Source: Eledone cirrhosa
Taxonomy: Eukaryota
Length of the DNA: 64,000 nt
Assembly (NCBI GenBank): GCA_964016885.1
Contig: OZ024745.1
Location: 2,356,001-2,420,000, forward strand
Direction of reading: 5' to 3'
The position numbers and the translations under genes were made by a program. The notes beneath the pieces are model-generated. The model saw nothing but the letters and a program-made list of their open reading frames with translations, did not search any database and had not been told where the DNA came from. Each line of letters begins with the position of its first letter. Positions within the stretch are counted from its first letter, which is position 1. Shown here piece by piece: positions 1 to 15,200 of this stretch.

Positions 1-775
1 CCAGTAGAATTAATTAATTTTCTCTAGGAAACACCTGCTGAGCGCGAATCTCGACTCGCTGATAGACGTCTTTCCCGGCTGGTTAAGTCACCAACATCAC
101 GTACGACAAGGCTTGCTGATGTTCGCCTTCGTCGCCAACAAGCGCTGACGGAGGAATCACCAACATCCCGTCAGACGAGGCTTGAGACTGTGGCAAAGGG
201 CAATAACCCTAGATACAATTTTGATCAACTTTTTTTCACCTATAGCAAATTTACCGGGACAGGTCTTTAGCTACTCAAATCTACTTCAGAGATCACGCAT
301 TGATGTAAAAAATCAATAAAACTGAAGCGGGGCTCGACTTTGCGCAAAAGACATTGCAAAGTTACACATGGGAAAACTTTTTACAGGAACGTCCTATATT
401 CTTGAAAACTGTCACAAAAGACTCGCCATTATGCCGCGGTTAAGATAAAGGCCCTTTTAATTCTTCTTCTGCACATGTGAGCGCAAAAATTGTAAAAAAA
501 AAAAAAACCCTGAAAGTAATCGACATTTTCACCCTGCTTTAAATTAACTGAACATTCAATATCAAGCGATTTTGACTTCCGTCAGTCGTGCAGAGAACAA
601 TTTCAACGATACACTGTGTAACTACAATTAATAAATTACACACCTGTGTCTACTAACCTATTTTTTTCCATTGAAGTTCGAAGTTTTGAACCTGTGATGC
701 GCGGGAAGTAACTTTCACATATTCTAACAGACCAAAGGTCGACTTACACCCGGGCAACGCCGGGTACTTCTGCTA

Positions 776-776
<1 letters not shown>
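1..776 (+). mobile_element. 3' part of a Helitron (5' end outside the window or lost)
   Basis: Ends in the GC hairpin ACCCGG-GCAACG-CCGGGT (748-765), then TACTTCTG-CTAG (CTAG 773-776) followed by T: the canonical Helitron 3' terminus. Nearly the same terminus occurs at 54560-54587. Confidence 0.8.
28..198 (+). pseudogene. Exon-like fragment encoding STPR-like repeats (Helitron-associated)
   Basis: After the acceptor-like ATTTTCTCTAG, my translation is ETPAERESRLADRRLSRLV-KSPTSRTTRLADVRLRRQQALTE-ESPTSRQTRLETVAK. This is an (E/K)(T/S)PxxRxxRL repeat with a 23-aa period between repeats 2 and 3, like STPR repeats. Confidence 0.55.
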
Positions 777-831
<55 letters not shown>

Positions 832-878
832 GTGTATATATATATATGTATGTATATATATATATAGAGAGAGAGAGA

Positions 879-2598
<1,720 letters not shown>

Positions 2599-2654
2599 AT
2601 ATATATATATATATCTGTGTATATATATGTGTATATATATATGTATGTATGTAT

Positions 2655-2723
2655 ACAGCTGGGACGAAAACCGCAATACTTGTGTCTGACCATCTTACGT
2701 ATGAAGACTTCCAAAATCAATAA
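2655..2723. repeat. Single-monomer (unexpanded) copy of the sequence that hosts the 19-bp satellite
   Basis: ACAGCTGGGACGAAAACCGCAATACTTGTGTCTGACCATCTTACGTATGAAGACTTCCAAAATCAATAA matches the left flank (3202-3226) plus one monomer plus the right flank (26357-26381) of the satellite. Confidence 0.9.
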
Positions 2724-2728
2724 GACAT

Positions 2729-2852
2729 CAGAAATAGCCGTCGGAACGGCTTGAGGTCTGCCGTCGGGGTCATACTATTACCCACTCTACTACCCTAAGT
2801 ATTGAGTACTCTGGTGCGTTATGGTCCATCTGGTTCCTTACCACAATTCCTT
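2729..2852 (+). mobile_element. Family G pLTR-like 3' fragment containing the 3' half of a hammerhead
   Basis: Homologous to 42630-42764 and 59831-59945. Reads GGAA-CGGC-loop-GCCG-TC-GGGGTC and ends at (TA)n. Confidence 0.6.
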
Positions 2853-3125
2853 TATATATATATATATATATATGTGTTTCGACTACTTGTCAGGTTCTAA
2901 TACTTGACGAGACGACTCTATCTCGCCCACACATTCCATTTTTACATCATCTCTACACGCTGGATGTCCTCCCTAACTCCAACCACCTCGCGGTATGTAC
3001 CGGCTGTTGTAAGGGCATGTTAAACCTGGCAGAGCCCACTCCTTTCCAAGTCTGGACAGAGAAAGAAAGAGAATGTAACAGAGAGGAACTGAAAAAGAGA
3101 TATAGAGGAAAAAATTGATTCCATT

Positions 3126-3226
3126 ATTTGACTGGTACTTATTTATCGATCTCGGCAGGTTGAAAGGTAATTGTAACCTCAGCGAGTTTTGAACTCAGAA
3201 CACAGATGGGACGAAAACCGCAATAC
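3126..3226 (-). mobile_element. Decayed tRNA-derived SINE remnant
   Basis: ACTGGTACTTATTTATCGA...GAAAGG...TTTGAACTCAGAAC: B-box-like GAGTTCAAA on the minus strand, plus a CCTTTCA...TCGATAAATAAGTACCAGT central motif that also occurs (+) at 26848-26877. Confidence 0.6.
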
Positions 3227-6200
3227 TTAGGTCTGACCATCTTACTTGTGCCTGACCATCTTACTTGTGCCTGACCATCTTACTTGTGCCTGACCATCTT
3301 ACTTGTGTCTGACCATCTTACTTGTGTCTGACCATCTTACTTGTGCCTGACCATCTTACTTGTGCCTGACCATCTTACTTGTGTCTGACCATCTTACTTG
3401 TGTCTGACCATCTTGTGTCTGACCATCTTACTTGTGCCTGACCATCTTACTTGTGTCTGACCATCTTACTTGTGTCTGACCATCTTACTTGTGTCTGACC
3501 ATCTTACTTGTGTCTGAGCATCTTACTTGTGTCTGACCATCTTACTTGCGCCTGACCATCTTACTTGTGTCTGACCATCTTACTTGTGTCTGAGCATCTT
3601 ACTTGTGTCTGACCATCTTACTTGCGTCTGACCATCTTACTTGTGTCTGACCATCTTACTTGTGCCTGACAATCTTACTTGTGCCTGACCATCTTACTTG
3701 TGCCTGACCATCTTACTTGTGCCTGACCATCTTACTTGTGTCTGACCATCTTACTTGCGCCTGACCATCTTACTTGTGTCTGACCATCTTACTTGTGTCT
3801 GACCATCTTACTTGTGCCTGACCATCTTACTTGTGCCTGACTATCTTACTTGTGCCTGACCATCTTACTTGTGCCTGACCATCTTACTTGTGTCTGACCA
3901 TCTTACTTGTGCCTGACCTTCTTACTTGTGCCTGACCATCTCACTTGTGCCTGACCATCTTACTTGTGTCTGACCATCTAACTTGTGTCTGACCATCTTA
4001 CTTGTGTCTGACCATCTTACTTGTGCCTGACCTTCTTACTTGTGCCTGACAATCTTACTTGTGTCTGACCATCTTACTTGCGCCTGTCCATCTTACTTGT
4101 GTCTGACCATCTTACTTGTGCCTGACCATCTTACTTGTGTCTGACCATCTTACTTGTGTCTGACCATCTTACTTGCGCCTGACCATCTTACTTGTGTCTG
4201 ACCATCTTACTTGTGCCTGACCATCTTACTTGTGCCTCACCATCTTACTTGTGCCTGACCATCTTACTTGTGTCTTACCATCTTACTTGCGCCTGACCAT
4301 CTTACTTGTGTCTGACCATCTTACTTGTGCCTGACCATCTTACTTGTGCCTGACCATCTTACTTGTGCCTGACCATCTTACTTGTGCCTGACCATCTTAC
4401 TTGTGTCTGACCATCTTACTTGTGCCTGACCTTCTTACTTGTGCCTGACCATCTTACTTGTGCCTGACCATCTTACTTGTGTCTGACCATCTTACTTGTG
4501 TCTGACCATCTTGTGTCTGACCATCTTACTTGTGCCTGACCTTCTTACTTGTGCCTGACCATCTTACTTGTGTCTGACCATCTTACTTGCGCCTGACCAT
4601 CTTACTTGTGCCTGACCATCTTACTTGTGCCTGACCATCTTACTTGTGTCTGACCATCTTACTTGCGCCTGACCATCTTACTTGTGTCAGACCATCTTAC
4701 TTGTGCCTGACCATCTTACTTGTGCCTGACCATCTTACTTGTGCCTGACCATCTTACTTGTGTCTGACCATCTTACTTGCGCCTGACCATCTTACTTGTG
4801 TCTGACCATCTTACTTGTGCCTGACCATCTTACTTGTGCCTGACCATCTTACTTGTGCCTGACCATCTTACTTGTGCCTGACCATCTTACTTGTGTCTGA
4901 CCATCTTACTTGTGCCTGACCTTCTTACTTGTGCCTGACCATCTTACTTGTGCCTGACCATCTTACTTGTGTCTGACCATCTTACTTGTGTCTGACCATC
5001 TTACTTGTGCCTAACCATCTTACTTGTGCCTGACCTTCTTACTTGTGCCTGACCATCTTACTTGTGTCTGACCATCTTACTTGCGCCTGACCATCTTACT
5101 TGTGTCTGACCATCTTACTTGTGCCTGACCATCTTACTTGTGCCTGACCATCTTACTTGTGTCTGACCATCTTACTTGTGCCTGACCATCTTACTTGTGT
5201 CTGACCATCTTACTTGTGCCTGACCATCTTACTTGCGTCTGACCATCTTCTTGTGTCTGACCATCTTACTTGTGCCTGACCATCTTACTTGTGCCTGACC
5301 ATCTTACTTGTGTCTGACCATCTTACTTGTGCCTGACCTTCTTACTTGTGTCTGACCTTCTTACTTGTGCCTGACCATCTTACTTGTGCCTGACCTTCTT
5401 ACTTGTGCCTGACCATCTTACTTGTGTCTGACCATCTTACTTGTGTCTGACCATCTTACTTGTGTCTGACCTTCTTACTTGTGCCTGACCATCTTACTTG
5501 TGCCTGACCATCTTACTTGTGTCTGACCATCTTACTTGTGTCTGACCATCTTACTTGTGCCTAACCATCTTACTTGTGCCTGACCTTCTTACTTGTGCCT
5601 GACCATCTTACTTGTGTCTGACCATCTTACTTGTGCCTGACCATCTTACTTGTGCCTGACCTTCTTACTTGTGCCTGACCATCTTACTTGTGCCTGACCA
5701 TCTTACTTGTGTCTGACCATCTTACTTGTGTCTGACCATCTTACTTGTGCCTAACCATCTTACTTGTGCCTGACCTTCTTACTTGTGCCTGACCATCTTA
5801 CTTGCGTCTGACCATCTTCTTGTGTCTGACCATCTTACTTGTGTCTGACCATCTTACTTGTGCCTGACCATCTTACTTGTGCCTGACCATCTTACTTGTG
5901 TCTGACCATCTTACTTGTGCCTGACCATCTTACTTGTGTCTGACCATCTTACTTGTGCCTGACCATCTTACTTGCGTCTGACCATCTTCTTGTGTCTGAC
6001 CATCTTACTTGTGCCTGACCATCTTACTTGTGCCTGACCATCTTACTTGTGTCTGACCATCTTACTTGTGCCTGACCTTCTTACTTGTGTCTGACCTTCT
6101 TACTTGTGCCTGACCATCTTACTTGTGCCTGACCTTCTTACTTGTGCCTGACCATCTTACTTGTGTCTGACCATCATACTTGCGTCAGACCATCTTACTT

Positions 6201-9200
6201 GTGCCTGACCTTCTTACTTGTGCCTGACCATCTTACTTGTGCCTGACCATCTTACTTGTGTCTGACCATCTTACTTGTGCCTGACCATCTTACTTGTGTC
6301 TGACCATCTTACTTGTGCCTGACCATCTTACTTGTGCCTGACCTTCTTACTTGTGCCTGACCATCTTACTTGTGTCTGACCATCATACTTGCGTCAGACC
6401 ATCTTACTTGTGCCTGACCTTCTTACTTGTGCCTGACCATCTTACTTGTGTCTGACCATCTTACTTGCGCCTGACCATCTTACTTGTGTCTGACCATCTT
6501 ACTTGTGCCTGACCATCTTACTTGTGTCTAACCATCTTACTTGTGTCTGACCATCTTACTTGCGCCTGACCATCTTACTTGTGTCTGACCATCTTACTTG
6601 TGCCTGACCATCTTACTTGTGCCTCACCATCTTACTTGTGCCTGACCATCTTACTTGTGTCTGACCATCTTACTTGCGCCTGACCATCTTACTTGTGTCT
6701 GACCATCTTACTTGTGCCTGACCATCTTACTTGTGCCTGACCATCTTACTTGTGCCTGACCATCTTACTTGTGCCTGACCATCTTACTTGTGTCTGACCA
6801 TCTTACTTGTGCCTGACCATCTTACTTGTGCCTGACCATCTTACTTGTACCTGACCATCTTACTTGTGTCTGACCTTCTTACTTGTGCCTGACCATCTTA
6901 CTTGTGCCTGACCATCTTACTTGTGTCTGACCTTCTTACTTGTGCCTGACCTTCTTACTTGTGCCTGACCTTCTTACTTGTGCCTGACCATCTTACTTGT
7001 GCCTGACCATCTTACTTGTGTCTGACCTTCTTACTTGCGCCTGACCATCTTACTTGTGCCTGACCATCTTACTTGTGTCTGACCTTCTTACTTGTGCCTG
7101 ACCTTCTTACTTGTGCCTGACCATCTTACTTGCGCCTGACCATCTTACTTGTGCCTGACCATCTTACTTGTGCCTGACCTTCTTACTTGTGTCTGACCAT
7201 CTTACTTGCGCCTGACCATCTTACTTGTGTCTGACCATCTTACTTGTGCCTGACCATCTTACTTGTGTCTGACCATCGTACTTTGTCTGACCATCTTACT
7301 TGTGTCTGACCATCTTACTTGTGCCTGACCATCTTACGTGTCTGACCTTCTTACTTGTGCCTGACCATCTTACTTGTGCCTGACCATCTTACTTGTGCCT
7401 GACCTTCTTACTTGTGCCTGACCATCTTACTTGTGTCTGACCATATTACTTGCGTCTGACCTTCTTACTTGTGTCTGACCATCTTACTTGTGTCTGACCA
7501 TCTTACTTGTGTCTGACCTTTTTACTTGTGCCTGACCATCTTACTTGTGCCTGACCTTCTTACTTGTGCCTGCCCATCTTACTTGTGCCTGACCATCTTA
7601 CTTGTGCCTGACCATCTTACTTGTGCCTGACCTTCTTACTTGTGTCTGACCATTTTACTTGTGCCTGACCATCTTACTTGTGTCTGGCCATCTTACTTGT
7701 GTCTGACCATCTTACTTGTGTCTGACCTTCTTACTTGTGCCAGACCATCTAACTTGTGCCTGACCATCTTACTTGTGTCTGGCCATCTTACTTGTGCCTG
7801 ACCATCTTACTTGTGTCTGACCATCTTACTTGTGCCTGACCATCTTACTTGTGTCTGACCATCTTACTTGTGTCTGACCATCTTACTTGTGCCTGACCAT
7901 CTTACTTGTGCCTGACCATCTTACTTGTGTCTGACCATCTTACTTGTGTCTGACCATCTTGTGTCTGACCATCTTACTTGTGCCTGACCATCTTACTTGT
8001 GTCTGACCATCTTACTTGTGTCTGACCATCTTACTTGTGTCTGACCATCTTACTTGTGTCTGGCCATCTTACTTGTGTCTGACCATCTTACTTGTGCCTG
8101 ACCTTCTTACTTGTGCCTGACAATCTTACTTGTGTCTGACCATCTTACTTGCGCCTGACCATCTTACTTGTGTCTGACCATCTTACTTGTGCCTGACCAT
8201 CTTACTTGTGTCTGACCATCTTACTTGTGTCTGACCATCTTACTTGTGTCTGACCATCTTACTTGTGCCTGACCATCTTACTTGTGCCTCACCATCTTAC
8301 TTGTGCCTGACCATCTTACTTGTGTCTGACCATCTTACTTGCGCCTGACCATCTTACTTGTGTCTGACCATCTTACTTGTGTCTGACCATCTTACTTGTG
8401 CCTGACCATCTTACTTGTGCCTGACCATCTTACTTGTGCCTGACCATCTTACTTGTGTCTGACCATCTTACTTGTGCCTGACCTTCTTACTTGTGCCTGA
8501 CCATCTTACTTATGCCTGACCATCTTACTTGTGTCTGACCATCTTACTTGTGTCTGACCATCTTACTTGTGTCTGACCATCTTACTTGTGCCTGACCTTC
8601 TTACTTGTGCCTGACCATCTTACTTGTGTCTGACCATCTTACTTGCGCCTGACCATCTTACTTGTGCCTGACCATCTTACTTGTGCCTGACCATCTTACT
8701 TGTGTCTGACCATTTTACTTGCGCCTGACCATCTTACTTGTGTCAGACCATCTTACTTGTGCCTGACCATCTTACTTGTGCCTGACCATCTTACTTGTGC
8801 CTGACCATCTTACTTGTGTCTGACCATCTTACTTGCGCCTGACCATCTTACTTGTGTCTGACCATCTTGTTCCTGACCATCTTACTTGTGCCTGACCATC
8901 TTACTTGTGCCTGACCATCTTACTTGTGCCTGACCATCTTACTTGTGTCTGACCATCTTACTTGTGCCTGACCTTCTTACTTGTGCCTGACCATCTTACT
9001 TGTGCCTGACCATCTTACTTGTGTCTGACCATCTTACTTGTGTCTGACCATCTTACTTGTGCCTAACCATCTTACTTGTGCCTGACCTTCTTACTTGTGC
9101 CTGACCATCTTACTTGTGTCTGACCATCTTACTTGCGCCTGACCATCTTACTTGTGTCTGACCATCTTACTTGTGCGTGACCATCTTACTTGTGCCTGAC

Positions 9201-12200
9201 CATCTTACTTGTGTCTGACCATCTTACTTGTGCCTGACCATCTTACTTGTGTCTGACCATCTTACTTGTGCCTGACCATCTTACTTGCGTCTGACCATCT
9301 TCTTGTGTCTGACCATCTTACTTGTGCCTGACCATCTTACTTGTGCCTGACCATCTTACTTGTGTCTGACCATCTTACTTGTGCCTGGCCTTCTTACTTG
9401 TGTCTGACCTTCTTACTTGTGCCTGACCATCTTACTTGTGCCTGACCATCTTACTTGTGTCTGACCATCTTACTTGTGTCTGACCATCTTACTTGTGTCT
9501 GACCTTCTTACTTGTGTCTGACCATATTACTTGTGTCTGACCATCTTACTTGTGTCTGACCATCTTACTTGTGTCTGACCTTCTTACTTGTGTCTGACCA
9601 TCTTACTTGTGCCTGACCTTCTTACTTGTGCCTGACCATCTTACTTGTGTCTGACCACCATACTTGTGTCAGACCATCTTACTTGTGCCTGACCTTCTTA
9701 CTTGTGCCTGACCATCTTACTTGTGGCTGACCATCTTACTTGTGTCTGACCATCTTACTTGTGCCTGACCATCTTACTTGTGTCTGACCATCTTACTTGT
9801 GCCTGACCATCTTACTTGTGCCTGACCTTCTTACTTGTGCCTGACCATCTTACTTGTGTCTGACCATCATACTTGCGTCAGACCATCTTACTTGTGCCTG
9901 ACCTTCTTACTTGTGCCTGACCATCTTACTTGTGTCTGACCATCTTACTTGCGCCTGACCATCTTACTTGTGTCTGACCATCTTACTTGTGCCTGACCAT
10001 CTTACTTGTGTCTGACCATCTTACTTGTGTCTGACCATCTTACTTGCGCCTGACCATCTTACTTGTGTCTGACCATCTTACTTGTGCCTGACCATCTTAC
10101 TTGTGCCTCACCATCTTACTTGTGCCTGACCATCTTACTTGTGTCTGACCATCTTACTTGCGCCTGACCATCTTACTTGTGTCTGACCATCTTACTTGTG
10201 CCTGACCATCTTACTTGTGCCTGACCATCTTACTTGTGCCTGACCATCTTACTTGTGCCTGACCATCTTACTTGTGTCTGACCATCTTACTTGTGCCTGA
10301 CCATCTTACTTGTGCCTGACCATCTTACTTGTGCCTTACCATCTTACTTGTGTCTGACCTTCTTACTTGTGCCTGACCATCTTACTTGTGCCTGACCATC
10401 TTACTTGTGTCTGACCTTCTTACTTGTGCCTGACCTTCTTACTTGTGCCTGACCTTCTTACTTGTGCCTGACCATCTTACTTGTGCCTGACCATCTTACT
10501 TGTGTCTGACCTTCTTACTTGCGCCTGACCATCTTACTTGTGCCTGACCATCTTACTTGTGTCTGACCATCTTACTTGTGCCTGACCATCTTACTTGTGT
10601 CTGACCATCTTACTTGTGCCTGACCTTCTTACTTGTGCCTGACCATCTTACTTGTGCCTGACCATCTTACTTGTGTCTGACCATCTTACTTGTGTCTGAC
10701 CATCTTACTTGTGCCTAACCATCTTACTTGTGCCTGACCTTCTTACTTGTGCCTGACCATCTTACTTGTGTCTGACCATCTTACTTGCGCCTGACCATCT
10801 TACTTGTGTCTGACCATCTTACTTGTGCCTGACCATCTTACTTGTGCCTGACCATCTTACTTGTGTCTGACCATCTTACTTGCGCCTGACCATCTTACTT
10901 GTGTCTGACCATCTTACTTGTGTCTGACCATTTTACTTGCGCCTGTCCATCTTACTTGTGTCAGACCATCTTACTTGTGCCTGACCATCTTACTTGTGCC
11001 TGACCATCTTACTTGTGCCTGACCATCTTACTTGTGTCTGACCATCTTACTTGCGCCTGACCATCTTACTTGTGTCTGACCATCTTGTTCCTGACCATCT
11101 TACTTGTGCCTGACCATCTTACTTGTGCCTGACCATCTTACTTGTGCCTGACCATCTTACTTGTGTCTGACCATCTTACTTGTGCCTGACCTTCTTACTT
11201 GTGCCTGACCATCTTACTTGTGCCTGACCATCTTACTTGTGTCTGACCATCTTACTTGTGTCTGACCATCTTACTTGTGCCTAACCATCTTACTTGTGCC
11301 TGACCTTCTTACTTGTGCCTGACCATCTTTCTTGTGTCTGACCATCTTACTTGCGCCTGACCATCTTACTTGTGTCTGACCATCTTACTTGTGCCTGACC
11401 ATCTTACTTGTGCCTGACCATCTTACTTGTGTCTGACCATCTTACTTGTGCCTGACCATCTTACTTGTGTCTGACCATCTTACTTGTGCCTGACCATCTT
11501 ACTTGCGTCTGACCATCTTCTTGTGTCTGACCATCTTACTTGTGCCTGACCATCTTACTTGTGCCTGACCATCTTACTTGTGTCTGACCATCTTACTTGT
11601 GTCTGGCCTTCTTACTTGTGTCTGACCTTCTTACTTGTGCCTGACCATCTTACTTGTGCCTGACCATCTTACTTGTGTCTGACCATCTTACTTGTGTCTG
11701 ACCATCTTACTTGTGTCTGACCTTCTTACTTGTGTCTGACCATATTACTTGTGTCTGACCATCTTACTTGTGTCTGACCATCTTACTTGTGTCTGACCTT
11801 CTTACTTGTGCCTGACCATCTTACTTGTGCCTGACCTTCTTACTTGTGCCTGACCATCTTACTTGTGTCTGACCACCATACTTGTGTCAGACCATCTTAC
11901 TTGTGCCTGACCTTCTTACTTGTGCCTGACCATCTTACTTGTGGCTGACCATCTTACTTGTGTCTGACCATCTTACTTGTGCCTGACCATCTTACTTGTG
12001 TCTGACCATCTTACTTGTGCCTGACCATCTTACTTGTGCCTGACCTTCTTACTTGTGCCTGACCATCTTACTTGTGTCTGACCATCATACTTGCGTCAGA
12101 CCATCTTACTTGTGCCTGACCTTCTTACTTGTGCCTGACCATCTTACTTGTGTCTGACCATCTTACTTGCGCCTGACCATCTTACTTGTGTCTGACCATC

Positions 12201-15200
12201 TTACTTGTGCCTGACCATCTTACTTGTGTCTGACCATCTTACTTGTGTCTGACCATCTTACTTGCGCCTGACCATCTTACTTGTGTCTGACCATCTTACT
12301 TGTGCCTGACCATCTTACTTGTGCCTCACCATCTTACTTGTGCCTGACCATCTTACTTGTGTCTGACCATCTTACTTGCGCCTGACCATCTTACTTGTGT
12401 CTGACCATCTTACTTGTGCCTGACCATCTTACTTGTGCCTGACCATCTTACTTGTGCCTGACCATCTTACTTGTGCCTGACCATCTTACTTGTGTCTGAC
12501 CATCTTACTTGTGCCTGACCATCTTACTTGTGCCTGACCATCTTACTTGTGCCTTACCATCTTACTTGTGTCTGACCTTCTTACTTGTGCCTGACCATCT
12601 TACTTGTGCCTGACCATCTTACTTGTGTCTGACCTTCTTACTTGTGCCTGACCTTCTTACTTGTGCCTGACCTTCTTACTTGTGCCTGACCATCTTACTT
12701 GTGCCTGACCATCTTACTTGTGTCTGACCTTCTTACTTGCGCCTGACCATCTTACTTGTGCCTGACCATCTTACTTGTGTCTGACCTTCTTACTTGTGCC
12801 TGACCTTCTTACTTGTGCCTGACCATCTTACTTGCGCCTGACCATCTTACTTGTGCCTGACCATCTTACTTGTGCCTGACCTTCTTACTTGTGTCTGACC
12901 ATCTTACTTGCGCCTGACCATCTTACTTGTGTCTGACCATCTTACTTGTGCCTGACCATCTTACTTGTGTCTGACCATCTTACTTGTGTCTGACCATCTT
13001 ACTTGTGTCTGACCATCTTACTTGTGCCTGACCATCTTACGTGTCTGACCTTCTTACTTGTGCCTGACCATCTTACTTGTGCCTGACCATCTTACTTGTG
13101 CCTGACCTTCTTACTTGTGCCTGACCATCTTACTTGTGTCTGACCATATTACTTGCGTCTGACCTTCTTACTTGTGTCTGACCATCTTACTTGTGTCTGA
13201 CCATCTTACTTGTGTCTGACCTTTTTACTTGTGCCTGACCATCTTACTTGTGCCTGACCTTCTTACTTGTGCCTGCCCATCTTACTTGTGCCTGACCATC
13301 TTACTTGTGCCTGACCATCTTACTTGTGCCTGACCTTCTTACTTGTGTCTGACCATTTTACTTGTGCCTGACCATCTTACTTGTGTCTGGCCATCTTACT
13401 TGTGTCTGACCATCTTACTTGTGTCTGACCTTCTTACTTGTGCCAGACCATCTTACTTGTGCCTGACCATCTTACTTGTGTCTGGCCATCTTACTTGTGC
13501 CTGACCATCTTACTTGTGTCTGACCATCTTACTTGTGCCTGACCATCTTACTTGTGTCTGACCATCTTACTTGCGCCTGACCATCTTACTTGCGCCTGAC
13601 CATCTTACTTGTGCCTGACCATCTTACTTGTGTCTGACCATCTTACTTGTGTCTGACCATCTTACTGTGCCTGACCATCTTACTTGTGTCTGACCATCTT
13701 ACTTGTGCCTGACCATCTTACTTGTGTCTGACCATCTTACTTGTGTCTGACCATCTTACTTGCGCCTGACCATCTTACTTGTGTCTGACCATCTTACTTG
13801 TGCCTGACCATCTTACTTGTGCCTCACCATCTTACTTGTGCCTGACCATCTTACTTGTGTCTGACCATCTTACTTGCGCCTTTCCATCTTACTTGTGTCT
13901 GACCATCTTACTTGTGCCTGACCATCTTACTTGTGCCTGACCATCTTACTTGTGCCTGACCATCTTACTTGTGTCTGACCATCTTACTTGTGCCTGACCA
14001 TCTTACTTGTGTCTGACCATCTTACTTGTGCCTGACCATCTTACTTGTGCCTGACCATCTTACTTGTGCCTTACCATCTTACTTGTGTCTGACCTTCTTA
14101 CTTGCGCCTGACCATCTTACTTGTGCCTGACCATCTTACTTGTGTCTGACCTTCTTACTTGTGCCTGACCTTCTTACTTGTGCCTGACCATCTTACTTGC
14201 GCCTGACCATCTTACTTGTGCCTGACCATCTTACTTGTGCCTGACCTTCTTACTTGTGTCTGACCATCTTACTTGTGCCTGACCATCTTACTTGTGCCTG
14301 ACCATCTTACTTGTGCCTTACCATCTTACTTGTGTCTGACCTTCTTACTTGCGCCTGACCATCTTACTTGTGTCTGACCATCTTACTTGTGCCTGACCTT
14401 CTTACTTGTGCCTGACAATCTTACTTGTGTCTGACCATCTTACTTGCGCCTGACCATCTTACTTGTGCCTGACCATCTTACTTGTGTCTGACCATCTTAC
14501 TTGTGTCTGACCATCTTACTTGCGCCTGACCATCTTACTTGTGTCTGACCATCTTACTTGTGCCTGACCATCTTACTTGTGCCTCACCATCTTACTTGTG
14601 CCTGACCATCTTACTTGTGTCTGACCATCTTACTTGCGCCTGACCATCTTACTTGTGTCTGACCATTTTACTTGTGCCTGACCATCTTACTTGTGCCTGA
14701 CCATCTTACTTGTGCCTGACCATCTTACTTGTGCCTGACCATCTTACTTGTGTCTGACCATCTTACTTGTGCCTGACCTTCTTACTTGTGCCTGACCATC
14801 TTACTTATGCCTGACCATCTTACTTGTGCCTGACCATCTTACTTGTGCCTGACCATCTTACTTGTGTCTGACCATCTTACTTGTGCCTGACCTTCTTACT
14901 TGTGTCTGACCTTCTTACTTGTGCCTGACCATCTTACTTGTGCCTGACCTTCTTACTTGTGCCTGACCATCTTACTTGTGTCTGACCATCTTACTTGTGT
15001 CTGACCATCTTACTTGTGTCTGACCTTCTTACTTGTGTCTGACCATATTACTTGTCTCTGACCATCTTACTTGTGTCTGACCATCTTACTTGTGTCTGAC
15101 CTTCTTACTTGTGCCTGACCATCTTACTTGTGCCTGACCTTCTTACTTGTGCCTGACCATCTTACTTGTGTCTGACCATCATACTTGCGTCAGACCATCT

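Noticed and set aside
2875-2930. Possible minus-strand hammerhead remnant (CTGACAA..GTCGAAAC)
   Set aside because: The core is incomplete and no stems I or II can be formed.
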